A DNA stretch of 63,513 nt, filler included. It is 9 parts of 9 records of this genome, joined end to end, with 100 filler letters (N's around TTAATTAATTAA, not from the genome) between each part and the next. Parts side by side here need not be neighbours in the genome. Positions count along the whole stretch, not along the records: positions 7,990 to 17,840 come from SRR31156797_72994; positions 17,941 to 26,803 come from SRR31156797_73001; 7 more parts are not named here. One strand, 5' to 3'. Below the pieces are notes generated by a model. That model was not told the DNA's origin. It saw nothing but the letters and a program-made list of their open reading frames with translations, and searched no databases. The translations under genes and the position numbers were made by a program. Below are positions 7,990 to 17,942 of the stretch, in pieces. Every line of letters starts with the position of its first letter. The stretch's first letter is position 1.

Positions 7990-8946
7990 CTTCTGGATGC
8001 AGTTGGTGGTCATCAGGATGGCACCGGGGAATTGATCGAACTCGCCCGCCTGACGCATCCAGGCGCCGCCGTAATTGCCAACCAGATGCGCATACTTCTT
8101 CAGTTCCGGATAGCCATGCGCCGGCAGCATCTCGCCGTGGGTATAGACGTTGATGCCTTTGCCTTCGGTCTGGATCAAAAGCTTTTCCAAATCCTTCAGG
8201 TCGTGGCCCGAAACCAGGATCGCCTTGCCCGGTTTGTGACCCATCAGCACCGGTGTCGGCGCCGGCGTGCCATAAGCGCCGGTGTTGGCGGCGTCCAACA
8301 GCGCCAGCACCTGCACCGAAACCTCGCCGCATTTGAGATTCATGGCCAAAAGCTCGTCGACGGTCGGTTCGGCGACGGTCAGAAAATCGAGCGCCTCGTT
8401 GAAATAGGCGTAAATGTCCGGATTTTCCTGCCCCAGAATGGCGGCATGGGTGGCGTAGGCTGCCGCCCCCTTGAGGCCGTAGACCAGAAGCTCCTGCAAG
8501 CCGGTGATGTCCGTGCCCAGCGTATTGATGCGCTCAAGAATACCGACCGTCTTGCCTTGTGCGATCAGCCCCTCGGTGCCTTCCGCCGGCACCCAGGTGG
8601 CGGGGCCGAAAACGGTTTCCGGCGCCCTGCCGGCTTCATGGCAGGCGGCTTCGTACATGGCCTTCGCCTTGTCGCGCATCCGGGCGGCATCGGCCAGCAA
8701 TCCGGCCAGGCGCTCGGCATCGAAGTTGACGTTGGTCACCGTCGTGAATAGGGCTTCGGCGACGAACCGGTCGATATGAATGTCGCGGCCGCCGACAAGT
8801 GCGGCGCGATGGGCGTATTGGGCGATGCCCTTGGCGGCGTGAACCAAAAGATCCTGCAGCACCGCCACTTCGTCCGTCTTGCCGCAAACGCCGATATCGG
8901 TGCAGCCGGTTCCGTGGGCGGTTTGTTCGCATTGATAGCAAAACAC
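7990..8946 (-). CDS. hcp: Hydroxylamine reductase (hybrid-cluster protein), 3'-truncated
   Basis: N-terminal MFCYQCEQTA-GTGC-GVCGK cluster motif, plus ILVSGHDL, YTHGEMLPAHGYP and TTNC. GTG start with a GGAG SD. Confidence 0.96.
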
Positions 8947-9099
8947 GTCATTAACTCCTTTTTTTGCGCCGGTGATTGTCGGGACCGGTGCCGGGCTTTA
9001 TTGAACAGGGATGACGTGTTTTAAGCGGGTCTACGTCTTTTTTCCTTGACCGGCGATTGGATACGGGAGCACATTCGCGGCTACTTGGAGAAGACCGCG

Positions 9100-9122
9100 C
9101 CGCCCATCCGGGCGGTTTTTTT
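9100..9122 (+). terminator. Intrinsic terminator-like hairpin
   Basis: CCGCCC-ATCC-GGGCGG followed by T7 on the + strand. Confidence 0.6.
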
Positions 9123-9130
9123 ATGGATGG

Positions 9131-10408
9131 CTATCGGCGCAAGACCGCCACCAGTTCGACATGCCCCGACCAGGGAAACTGATCGACCGGCGTGACGGTC
9201 TCAAGCCCATATCCGCCGTCGACCAAAATCCGCGCATCGCGTGCGAATGTCGCCGGATTGCACGACACCGCCACCACCGTTTTGGGCCCGGCGTTCGCCA
9301 GGGCTTCGGCCTGCGCCCGCGCGCCGGCCCGCGGCGGATCGAAGACGACCGCGTCGAAGCGGGCCAGTTCGGCCTCCACCAGCGGCCGCTGATAAAGATC
9401 GCGCGCCTCCGCCTGCACCCGGCCGGTTGCCGCCAGGGCGGAAATCAGACCGGCGTCACCGTCGGCGGCATAGACTTGGCGGCCCGGGAACAGGCGCAGC
9501 GCAAAAGTGCCGAGGCCGCAGAACAGATCGGCGACGCGCGCGCCTTCTTCGATGGTTTTCACAACCCTGTCCGCAATCGCCGCCTCGCCCTCGGCGCTCG
9601 GCTGCAGGAAAGCGCCCGGCGGCGGCGAAACCGTAACGCCTCCGATATTCAGGATCGCGCCGCCGAAGGTGGCGACGGGTTCGATCCGCCCGTCGTGACG
9701 CCAGCCAAGGCGCATCCGCCCGGCCTCGCGGCCGAAGGCGCCCAGGGTCTCGATCGCGGTCAGGTCCGGTACGCCCGGCAGGTCGATAAAAACATCGGCG
9801 CCTTCGTCCAACCGTGTCACCCAGATATCGCCGGTGGTATCGGGCGGCGTGATTTCCGCCAGCAAAGCCCGGAAACCGTCAATCAGGGAAAACAGCGACG
9901 AATCCAGGAGCGGGCATTCGGCGAGATCGACGATGGCTTCGCTGCCGCGCGCGTTGAAACCGATGACGGCGCCGCGCTTGCGGGTTCTGTATGCGAAGGT
10001 TGCGCGCCGGCGGCTGCCCGGCGGGATGGAGACCGTTTCGGCCACCGGCTCATCGCCCAGTCCCCGCTTGGCCAAGGCTTCGACGATGCGATCCCGCTTC
10101 CAGCGTGCAGCCGACCCGGCCGCCAAATGCTGGGTGGCGCAACCGCCGCAGTTGCCGAAGTGGCGGCAGGCGGGTGTTATCCGTTCCGCTGCCGGTTCCA
10201 GGATTTCCAGCAACCGCGCGAAAGCGCCGTCCCGCGTTTGGCGCGTCACCTCGGCCCGCACCCGCTCGCCGGGCAGGACAAAGGGCACGAACAGGGGCTT
10301 GCCATGCCACAGACCGACGCCGTCGCCCTGGGCGCCGAGGCGCTCGATGATGGCTTCGATGATTTCGGTTTGTTGCGTCTTTCGGCGCCGCGGCGATCGT
10401 TTGTTCAT
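9131..10408 (-). CDS. rlmD: 23S rRNA (uracil-C5)-methyltransferase, RlmD/TrmA family
   Basis: TRAM-like N-terminus, CRHFGNCGGC Fe-S motif, DLFCGLG, DPPRAG, VSCNP and HVE. Confidence 0.88.
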   Translation of the reverse strand: MNKRSPRRRKTQQTEIIEAIIERLGAQGDGVGLWHGKPLFVPFVLPGERVRAEVTRQTRDGAFARLLEILEPAAERITPACRHFGNCGGCATQHLAAGSAARWKRDRIVEALAKRGLGDEPVAETVSIPPGSRRRATFAYRTRKRGAVIGFNARGSEAIVDLAECPLLDSSLFSLIDGFRALLAEITPPDTTGDIWVTRLDEGADVFIDLPGVPDLTAIETLGAFGREAGRMRLGWRHDGRIEPVATFGGAILNIGGVTVSPPPGAFLQPSAEGEAAIADRVVKTIEEGARVADLFCGLGTFALRLFPGRQVYAADGDAGLISALAATGRVQAEARDLYQRPLVEAELARFDAVVFDPPRAGARAQAEALANAGPKTVVAVSCNPATFARDARILVDGGYGLETVTPVDQFPWSGHVELVAVLRR

Positions 10409-10449
10409 TCTGCTACTATAGGCGCAAAGGCGATGAATGGGAGGCAGGC

Positions 10450-10965
10450 ATGACGATCGATGTGTACCGCGAGGTCGGCAAGAACCGCTACCGCGAGGAT
10501 TTCGGGTTTTATTACGAAGACTTCGTCGAAGGCACCATCATCGAGCACCGCCCGGGACGGACGCTGACCAACACCGATAATTTCTGGTTCACGCTGCTGA
10601 CCAACAACCCCTCGCAGGTTCATTTCGACGCCCATTACGCCGCCCAGACCGAATGGAAGGAGCCGCTGGTCGACAGCACCCTGACATTCGCCATCGTCAC
10701 CGGCATGTCGGTCAATACGGTCAGCAAGCATGTCGTCGCCAACCTGGGCTGGGACGAGGTGCGTCTGACCAAGCCGGTGTTCGCCGGCGACACCATCTAT
10801 GCCGAAAGCGAGATCCTCTCCAAACGGGAATCGAAAAGCCGACCCGATCAGGGCATCGTCACGGTCGAAACCCGCGGCATCAAACAGACCGCCGAGGTCT
10901 TCATGACCTTCAAGCGCACGGTCCTGGTCTATAAACGCGGCCACGGCCCCAACTACGACATCTGA
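10450..10965 (+). CDS. MaoC-family dehydratase
   Basis: YYEDF-G...GRTLT-TDN...NPSQVHFDAHYA...NLGWDEVRLTKPVFAGDT hot-dog fold motifs. Confidence 0.9.
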   Translation: MTIDVYREVGKNRYREDFGFYYEDFVEGTIIEHRPGRTLTNTDNFWFTLLTNNPSQVHFDAHYAAQTEWKEPLVDSTLTFAIVTGMSVNTVSKHVVANLGWDEVRLTKPVFAGDTIYAESEILSKRESKSRPDQGIVTVETRGIKQTAEVFMTFKRTVLVYKRGHGPNYDI

Positions 10966-10988
10966 AGCGACGTTTACAACTGCTACTG

Positions 10989-12152
10989 CTATTCCTGCCA
11001 GCCGAAACGTTCGGCCATGGCGTCGGGAATGGCCCGCCACATGGCCGCCTTCTGATCCTCGGAAAAAGCCCGGCGCCATTCCTCGGGATCGGCCTTCCTG
11101 AAATGCATGGCGCCTTTCGATCTTTCTTTCAGGCGGCTCCAGTCGGCGGCCTCGGCACAGCCGAAGAATTCCAGGATCTCGCGAACCGTGCCGGCATTAT
11201 CGCGCCGGAAATCGGCGTATTCGCCGAACCGGATGTCGATCGGCAGATCGCTCTCGTCGGCCTTGATCCATTCGTCGATCCAGGTCACGCAGTTGGGGAC
11301 GAATACCCGGGCGTTCCAATCGATGCGCTGCTCGCGGGAAAGTCCGTCGTATTCCTTGGGCCGGGCCGCCGTGCTTCGGATGCCCGCCGTTTCCTGGTCG
11401 TGGAACTGCGACAGGGCGGCCTGCCGGGGATCGCGTACATGCAGATAGATGCGCCTAACCCCATGCCTGACCAGGACATCCAGGTTCTCCGGGCTGGCGT
11501 CCAGATGCTCCTGGGTGATGCAGCCGCCGCGGGCGGCGAAGGCGACCGCCCGTTCGATGATCAGGTCGCGCGGGAACAGGCTCAGCGAGATGCGCTGGCG
11601 CGGCACACCGAGCATGCTGGCCATGTTGAAATAGAGAAAGATGCTGCCCGACTTCGGCAAGGTGTTGAGGAAGACGAACGGCAATCCCCGCGCCAGGGCG
11701 TTTTCCTTCATCCGGCGGTTGCCGGGCCCCGGAAATCGGTCGGCGGCATAGGCATCGTTGTACATGGCAACCAGTTGCCCCCCCATGCCCCGGCGCAGGA
11801 AGGCCGCCTCGAACAGATCGTGACCCGGCACCACGAATCCCTTGGCCAGACAATGCCGGTCGACGACGTCGAGCGCCGTCCGATCGTCGCCATGGGCGGC
11901 GATGTCGTCGGCAATCAGCCCGGCGATGGCAGGCGGCACGATGCCCTTGTCGAGAACCGCCAGATAACCGGCGGTTCCCCGGTCGGCATCGCCGGACAGC
12001 ATGGCGCAACGCGCAGCGACGAACCGGGCCAGGGGATTTTCCGGGTCTTCGGCCAGCGCCGTCTCGGCCCAGGCGGACTGTTCGCCGACGGCGTCGGCGA
12101 AAGCATCCGAAAAACACCGGCCGAACAGGACGTCCAATTCGCTGTCGCTCAT
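10989..12152 (-). CDS. Sulfotransferase-domain protein with helical (TPR-like) N-terminus
   Basis: 5'-PSB loop TLPKSGS, 3'-PB VRDPRQAALS and C-terminal HFRKADPEEW. Confidence 0.8.
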   Translation of the reverse strand: MSDSELDVLFGRCFSDAFADAVGEQSAWAETALAEDPENPLARFVAARCAMLSGDADRGTAGYLAVLDKGIVPPAIAGLIADDIAAHGDDRTALDVVDRHCLAKGFVVPGHDLFEAAFLRRGMGGQLVAMYNDAYAADRFPGPGNRRMKENALARGLPFVFLNTLPKSGSIFLYFNMASMLGVPRQRISLSLFPRDLIIERAVAFAARGGCITQEHLDASPENLDVLVRHGVRRIYLHVRDPRQAALSQFHDQETAGIRSTAARPKEYDGLSREQRIDWNARVFVPNCVTWIDEWIKADESDLPIDIRFGEYADFRRDNAGTVREILEFFGCAEAADWSRLKERSKGAMHFRKADPEEWRRAFSEDQKAAMWRAIPDAMAERFGWQE

Positions 12153-12460
12153 ACCGATTACCCCGTTCCCTGGCACACCCGCGATATCCGGGCAAACGGC
12201 CTGGAAATGGCTTAGAGCATTTTCCGGCTGGATGGAATCGAATCTGACAGCTCCGGGCGAGGTGGTCCGCCAGACACCCGGCGCAACCGCATTCGAAACG
12301 CTTGCCGGACCGGTTCGGACTTTTCACGGAATCGAAAGGATTTGCGGTTCAGATTGACGCTTTTCGCCTGCCGCCCGATATATGATAGAGATCGGATAGC
12401 CGAAGACGCGCGGATTTCAGGGCCTTGCACGGCAGCGGCCCTGCCGATGGGAACCTAGAC

Positions 12461-13795
12461 ATGACCTCGACCGCCGCCTTGACCGACACCGGACCTGACA
12501 CGCGGGAAGACCTGGACGGTTTTCTCGCCACCGCCGGAAATCGGGCGGCACGTCTGCGCTGGTTGATGGATCTGCTGATCGAAGAGGGCAACCGCCTCAA
12601 GTCCGAACTCGCCTTCGCCGATTCGGCGGCCGAGGACCTGCCGCGGCTGGCCGGACATTTCGCCCGGGGCATCTCGCTCGAAGGCTGGACGGACGAAGAA
12701 GTCATGGACCTGGTCCGTTTCCGGTTGAACGCGATCGTAAACGGCATCCGATCGATCGGCGATCTGTCGAAGAACCCCGGAGCTTTTCCGCTGTGGGGAG
12801 AAACCCGTCGCTCCCTTCTGTGGCAGGGACTGCATGAACGGGCCCAATTCTTCTACGACGTCGGCTTGGCGCTCTACGATTGGATGCCGCCGCCGGACCG
12901 GGTCACCATCTATCTGACCAGCCGCTGCAACCTGGCCTGCAAACACTGCAACCAGGTCGCCGACAACGACACCGGCCTGTTCGATGAAATCCGCTCTCGG
13001 CCCGAGGATTTCACCCGCGATGAAGTCTTCACCATGTTCGAGAAATCGGAGATTCTCAGACATACCCGCGTCGGCTTTTCCGGCGGCGAGGTGTTCCTTC
13101 GCAAGGATCTTGCCGAGATTCTGTCCGGCCTGGCCCGCATGGGCGTGCGCTTTTCCATGCTGACCAACGGCACCTATACGCGAAAACTGAAAGAGCTGAT
13201 TGCCGATCCGGACGTCCGCAAGGGGCTCGAATTCATCAACTTCTCCCTGGACGGTATCGGCGACGCCCACGAGGCGATCCGCGGCAAGGGGACCTACGCC
13301 CTGCTGGAACGTTCGCTGGGCATCACCCGCGACGCCGGCGTGCCGGGATCGGCTCTGGCCGTCGCCCAGGCGACCAACCTGGAAACCATTCGCGACCTCA
13401 AGGACCATGTCGCGGCCAATCCCGGCGACTTCCCGGAGTTCAGAATTCAACTGGAATTCCTCGATGCCGAATACTGGCAGGCCAACCGGCGCTTCCTCCG
13501 GCCTTTGCTGGGGCCGTTACTGCCCGAGGACTACTACCTGTCTCTCGATCCGGCCCTCAACCGCAGCGGTTTGGCCTGCCCCGCCGGATCGGCCTTTTGC
13601 CGGATCGATCCGGACACGCGCGTCAAGGCCTGCGGCTACGATTTCGTGGCCGGAGAACCGGTCGACCTTGTCATGGGATATGTACGCGACCATGGCTTCA
13701 ACTTCGACGATCTGTGGAATTCGGAACGGGCCGTCGGCGTACGCCGACGGGTCAAAACCTGCGTCGGCTGCGGGGCCACCTGCATCCGCAAGTGA
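12461..13795 (+). CDS. Radical SAM protein with SPASM/twitch-like C-terminal Cys motif
   Basis: CNLACKHC, SGGE and TNG motifs. C-terminal CPAG..C....C...CVGCGATC. About 140-aa N-terminal extension. Confidence 0.88.
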   Translation: MTSTAALTDTGPDTREDLDGFLATAGNRAARLRWLMDLLIEEGNRLKSELAFADSAAEDLPRLAGHFARGISLEGWTDEEVMDLVRFRLNAIVNGIRSIGDLSKNPGAFPLWGETRRSLLWQGLHERAQFFYDVGLALYDWMPPPDRVTIYLTSRCNLACKHCNQVADNDTGLFDEIRSRPEDFTRDEVFTMFEKSEILRHTRVGFSGGEVFLRKDLAEILSGLARMGVRFSMLTNGTYTRKLKELIADPDVRKGLEFINFSLDGIGDAHEAIRGKGTYALLERSLGITRDAGVPGSALAVAQATNLETIRDLKDHVAANPGDFPEFRIQLEFLDAEYWQANRRFLRPLLGPLLPEDYYLSLDPALNRSGLACPAGSAFCRIDPDTRVKACGYDFVAGEPVDLVMGYVRDHGFNFDDLWNSERAVGVRRRVKTCVGCGATCIRK

Positions 13796-13874
13796 AAACC
13801 CGGTTTCCGTCGACCCGAAAGGCTGGCCGAAACCGAATGCAAAAACCGACGATCCTTAACGGGGAGGAGGACCC

Positions 13875-14180
13875 ATGTTCATCATCGCCGCCACCTTTAA
13901 AATCAAAGCCGACAGCATCGGCACCTTCAAGGAACTGATCGATTGGCAGGCCGAACGGTCCGTCGCCGAAGAAGACGGCTGTTTACAGTTCGACGTCAGC
14001 CAGGATGAAGAAGACCCGGCGACCTTCCTGTTGTACGAGGTCTATGCCGACGCCGCCGCCTTCGACGACCACCACATCGTCATCCCGCGCTTTCAGGAAT
14101 TCCTCGCCAAGGCCGAGGCCATGAACGCGGCAGAACCCGTGGTCAAACGCATGACCCGGATCTTCGCCAACCAAAAATAG
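13875..14180 (+). CDS. Antibiotic biosynthesis monooxygenase (putative quinol monooxygenase) family
   Basis: EDGCLQFDV...FLLYEVYADAAAFDDH motif. GGAGGAGG SD. Confidence 0.88.
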   Translation: MFIIAATFKIKADSIGTFKELIDWQAERSVAEEDGCLQFDVSQDEEDPATFLLYEVYADAAAFDDHHIVIPRFQEFLAKAEAMNAAEPVVKRMTRIFANQK

Positions 14181-14207
14181 CCGCGACTCTCCGCAAACGC
14201 CGCAGCG

Positions 14208-15263
14208 TCATTCCGCCGCTTGCTGCCCGCCTGTGGCTGAGTTCAAAGCCGCGCGCACGGAACCGAATTTCTTGCGATAGGCTGCCGGCGTCATGCCGAC
14301 CTTGCGCTTGAACAGACGCCTGAAAAAGCTGCCGTCCTCGTAGCCGACGTCGCCGGCCACCGCCTCGACCGGCAGATCGGTCGTTTCCAGGACCTGCTTG
14401 GCCTCTTCCAGGCGCATCGTATGCACGTATTCCAAGGGTGGCATGCCGGTCGACTTGGCAAATCGCCGCTTGAAGGACCGTTCGGCCAGGCCGCTGCGCG
14501 CCGCCATGGCGGCGACCGGATTCGGTTCGGCGTAATGATCGGCGATCCAGGCCTGGCAATCGGCGATCAGGCGATCCTCGACCTGGCGGGCCGAGGCCAG
14601 CATGGAAAAGGGCTGCTGGCCCTGGTCGTGCCAGTCCATCAGATACAGGCGCGACAGCCGCATGCCCTCATCGGTACCGAAGAATCTGGCCATTAGGTAC
14701 AGCGCCAGGTCCTGCCACGAGGTGCCGCCGCCCGAGGTAACGATACGCTGGCCTTCGCCGGAGGCGACCAGGACGCGGGACGGATGAACCCGCACCTTCG
14801 GGTATCGGTCGCTCAACGCCTGGCAATAGCCCCAATGGGTGGTGGCATCGCCGCCGTCCAATAGTCCCGATTCGGCCAGCAGCAAAGCGCCGGAACAAAC
14901 CGAGGCGACGGTGGCGCCATTCGCGTAACAGGCACGAAGCCAGTCTTCCTCGGGACCGTAGCGGCCGCGGATGTCCTCATGGGGGGCAAGCAGGATTTCC
15001 GGCACGCAGACGACGTCTGGGACCGGGCAGCCGGCAAGGGCCGCGTTGGGCCTGATCCAGGCTCCGTTGGCGGCGGCGAACGGCTCCGTATTCCGGGCCA
15101 CCACCATCGCCCGGGCCAATCCTTTGCCGGGTACGCCGGTGGTCAGGAAATCCCAGTCCCGGCCGGCCGAATGGATCAGGTCGTAGATCCCGTAGATGGT
15201 CGACGCCGTCGTCTCCGGCACGGCCAGAAGGGCGACGGTAAAGCTGTCGTTTTGTCCGCGCAT
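14208..15263 (-). CDS. GlxA-family transcriptional regulator (DJ-1/PfpI + AraC HTH)
   Basis: ASVCSGALLLAESGLLDG-ATTHW, then AraC HTH VGYEDGSFFRRLFKRKVGMTPAAYR. Confidence 0.92.
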   Translation of the reverse strand: MRGQNDSFTVALLAVPETTASTIYGIYDLIHSAGRDWDFLTTGVPGKGLARAMVVARNTEPFAAANGAWIRPNAALAGCPVPDVVCVPEILLAPHEDIRGRYGPEEDWLRACYANGATVASVCSGALLLAESGLLDGGDATTHWGYCQALSDRYPKVRVHPSRVLVASGEGQRIVTSGGGTSWQDLALYLMARFFGTDEGMRLSRLYLMDWHDQGQQPFSMLASARQVEDRLIADCQAWIADHYAEPNPVAAMAARSGLAERSFKRRFAKSTGMPPLEYVHTMRLEEAKQVLETTDLPVEAVAGDVGYEDGSFFRRLFKRKVGMTPAAYRKKFGSVRAALNSATGGQQAAE

Positions 15264-15368
15264 GGCACGATCGTCCCGTTTCTGCCCGAAATGACTTTGG
15301 TTCTCGGTTGCGCCTTCACATAGGGTCGCCGCCTTCCGATTCCCACAACCCTAGGACGTTCGACGATC

Positions 15369-16469
15369 ATGACCGCACTGAATCCCGTTATCGCGGCTGC
15401 CGCCCCCGGCGCCACCGCGACACCCAGCTTCGAAGACCGCATGGTCAACGCCTTCAACGAAGCGGCGATGATGCTGATGATTTCCGTCGGCCACCGCACC
15501 GGCCTGTTCGATACCATGAAGGGCCTGGCGCCGCTTTCCAGCGATGCCATCGCCGAGAAAGCCGGCCTGACGCCGCGCTATGTCCATGAATGGTTGGGCG
15601 GCATGGTCGTCGCCGGCGTCATCGACCTCGACCCGGAAACCGCGACATACACGCTGCCCGATGCCCACGCCGCCTTTCTGACCCGCGACGCCGAGGCCAA
15701 CCTGGCCGTCTTCGCCCAGTATTTCCCGGTGCTCGGATCGGTCGAGGACGACATCGTCGACTGCTTCAAGCACGGCGGCGGCGTGCCCTACGAACGCTAC
15801 GGCCGCTTTCACGAGGTCATGGCCGAAGACAGCGGCCAGACCGTTCTGCCGGCCCTGATCGACCATATCCTGCCGCTGGCGCCGGGCCTGATCGAGCGGC
15901 TCGAAGCCGGCATCCGCGTGCTCGATCTCGGCTGCGGCCGCGGCCGCGCCCTGATGCTGATGGCCAGGCGGTTCCCCAACAGCTCCTTCGTCGGCTACGA
16001 CCTGTCGCAAGCGGCCGTCGACTGGGCCGATAAGGAACGCCGCAAAGCCGATCTGGAAAACGTCCGCTTCGAAGCCCGCGATTTGAGCGATTTCGACGCA
16101 ACCGCCGAAGACGATGCCTTCGATCTGGTCACCACGTTCGACGCCGTTCACGATCAGGCCAAGCCGAAGAATCTGCTGAGGGGCATCGTCCGCACCCTGG
16201 CGCCGGGCGGGGTCTATCTGGCCCAGGACATCAAGGGATCGAGCCACCATCACCACGACCGCGACCATCCCTTGGGGCCGCTGCTTTACACCGTTTCCTG
16301 CATGCATTGCATGACGGTGTCCCTGGCCCAGGGCGGCGAAGGTCTCGGCGCCATGTGGGGCCGCGAGATCGCCGAACGTTATTTTGCCGAAGCCGGGTTC
16401 ACCTCGGTCGCCGTCAACGAACTCGAACACGACCCGCAGAACTACTACTACGTCTGCCAGGCCCTTTAG
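15369..16469 (+). CDS. Class I SAM-dependent methyltransferase with N-terminal winged helix (Rv2258c-like)
   Basis: GHRTGLF..RYVHEWL N-domain, VLDLGCGRG, TFDAVHD and CMTVSLAQGGEGLGAMWG. Divergent from the GlxA regulator. Confidence 0.9.
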   Translation: MTALNPVIAAAAPGATATPSFEDRMVNAFNEAAMMLMISVGHRTGLFDTMKGLAPLSSDAIAEKAGLTPRYVHEWLGGMVVAGVIDLDPETATYTLPDAHAAFLTRDAEANLAVFAQYFPVLGSVEDDIVDCFKHGGGVPYERYGRFHEVMAEDSGQTVLPALIDHILPLAPGLIERLEAGIRVLDLGCGRGRALMLMARRFPNSSFVGYDLSQAAVDWADKERRKADLENVRFEARDLSDFDATAEDDAFDLVTTFDAVHDQAKPKNLLRGIVRTLAPGGVYLAQDIKGSSHHHHDRDHPLGPLLYTVSCMHCMTVSLAQGGEGLGAMWGREIAERYFAEAGFTSVAVNELEHDPQNYYYVCQAL

Positions 16470-16524
16470 GCGAGGGGAACGAGCGGGACGGCGGCGCGCA
16501 CGACGCCCGCCTCCCGTTCGTGCC

Positions 16525-16965
16525 TCACTTTTCGAAGGCGACCGGCCCGCGATGTTCGAGCTCGACCATGCGTGTGCAATCGAAGGATTCGCCCGGCGGC
16601 GGTGAACAAGAGACCATCTCGTTCAACAGCACCCGGCCCAGCGTCGAGCAGTCCAGCGAATCGATCGGGAACGATACCACCTGCGTTTTTTCGGCCCGCA
16701 TGGGGCCGAGATTCAAGGTCGCACGGGTGGCGATGACGCCGTCGGTATCGAAAAAGACCAGATCGGCCAGCAGTTCGTCATAGCGGCTTGCCGACCGATT
16801 CGTCACAACGAAACTGATCCGGCAGGTGTCGCCGGCGGGCTCGATTTTATTGAGTTCGATTGCGAGGTTTTTCGTCCCCGGTTGGGCCGCCAAATCCGAA
16901 ACCGGAATTGCCATCAACAGGCTGACGGCCATACCGAAAGACAACGCGCCGAGCCAGCTACGCAT
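16525..16965 (-). CDS. Exported hypothetical protein
   Basis: Signal peptide followed by IELNK...C..SFVVTN...DLVFFD, a beta-rich domain with 4 Cys. Confidence 0.7.
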   Translation of the reverse strand: MRSWLGALSFGMAVSLLMAIPVSDLAAQPGTKNLAIELNKIEPAGDTCRISFVVTNRSASRYDELLADLVFFDTDGVIATRATLNLGPMRAEKTQVVSFPIDSLDCSTLGRVLLNEMVSCSPPPGESFDCTRMVELEHRGPVAFEK

Positions 16966-17055
16966 CGCGCCCTCCTATCATGTCTCCCAAAAAAGCACCC
17001 GGAGGAAGCGTATCATTTAAGCGATGAAGGTTGTGTGACGATGGCCCCTCGTCCG

Positions 17056-17840
17056 CTAAGCGTCGCCTGCCAGTGGCCGGGTCGCCCTCTTGTCGACGCT
17101 GTCGGGAACGACGCCGTGTTCGGCATCGGTGACATGGTCCATGATGTTGCAGGCGGCGACCTGCATCTGGCGTTCCTCCATGCGCCGCTGACGCTCGGCG
17201 ATCAGGCTGCGGCGTTCGTTGACGGGCAAACGGTCCAGCACGGCGATCCGGCCGTTCAGGAAGGCGTCGCGGTCAAGGGCATCGAGCCGGTTTTCGCTTA
17301 GCCGGACCCACAGAATATCGCCGTTGCAAAGGGCGCCGATGTCGCCGCCTTCGAAGGCCTCTGGCGTGACATGGCCGATACAGGCGCCCTTGGTAACGCC
17401 GGAATAACGGCCGTCGGTCATCAGGATCGAGGTCCGTTCCAAAACGCCGTGGTGGCGCAGGTTCTGGCTGGGCGCGAACATTTCGGGCATGCCGAAGGCC
17501 TTCGGCCCCTGGCCGCCGATGACAAAAGCGAAAGCAAGTGTCCCCTCGGCGATCATGGCGTCGAAATCGCCGGGACCGTCCCCGCCGTTGGCCTTGCGCA
17601 CGGCCCGCAACAGCGGTTCGTCAAGGCCATCCATTTTCGACAGCACCGCCGACAAATCGCCGGCCTGCATTTCGGCGCTGCAAACATGTTCGTTCTCGTA
17701 GTAGCGAACGACGAAGACGCGGCCTTCGAAGTGGCTCAGTTGCGCATCCGACATCGACGCCACCTTGATGACGCCGCTGGAAAGGAAATTTCCCTGCAGG
17801 ACGGAGGTGCCCGAGATATCCCGGATCGGCGTGTCGTGAA
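17056..17840 (-). CDS. Dihydroxy-acid dehydratase (IlvD/Edd family), C-terminal part
   Basis: Open from the contig edge (VLQGNFLSSGVIKV). GQGPKAFGMPEM and TDGRYSG..GACIGHVTPEA motifs. Confidence 0.88.
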
Positions 17841-17942
17841 NNNNNNNNNNNNNNNNNNNNNNNNNNNNNNNNNNNNNNNNNNNNTTAATTAATTAANNNN
17901 NNNNNNNNNNNNNNNNNNNNNNNNNNNNNNNNNNNNNNNNGT

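Noticed and set aside
12190-12225. c-di-GMP-I riboswitch-like start (GGCAAAC...GAAA)
   Set aside because: The required downstream GCAAA/P3 elements are absent.
9161-16430. Long antisense ORFs (9161-10453, 11103-12215, 12455-13450, 15351-16430)
   Set aside because: Shadow frames of well-supported genes in high-GC DNA, with no recognisable motifs.
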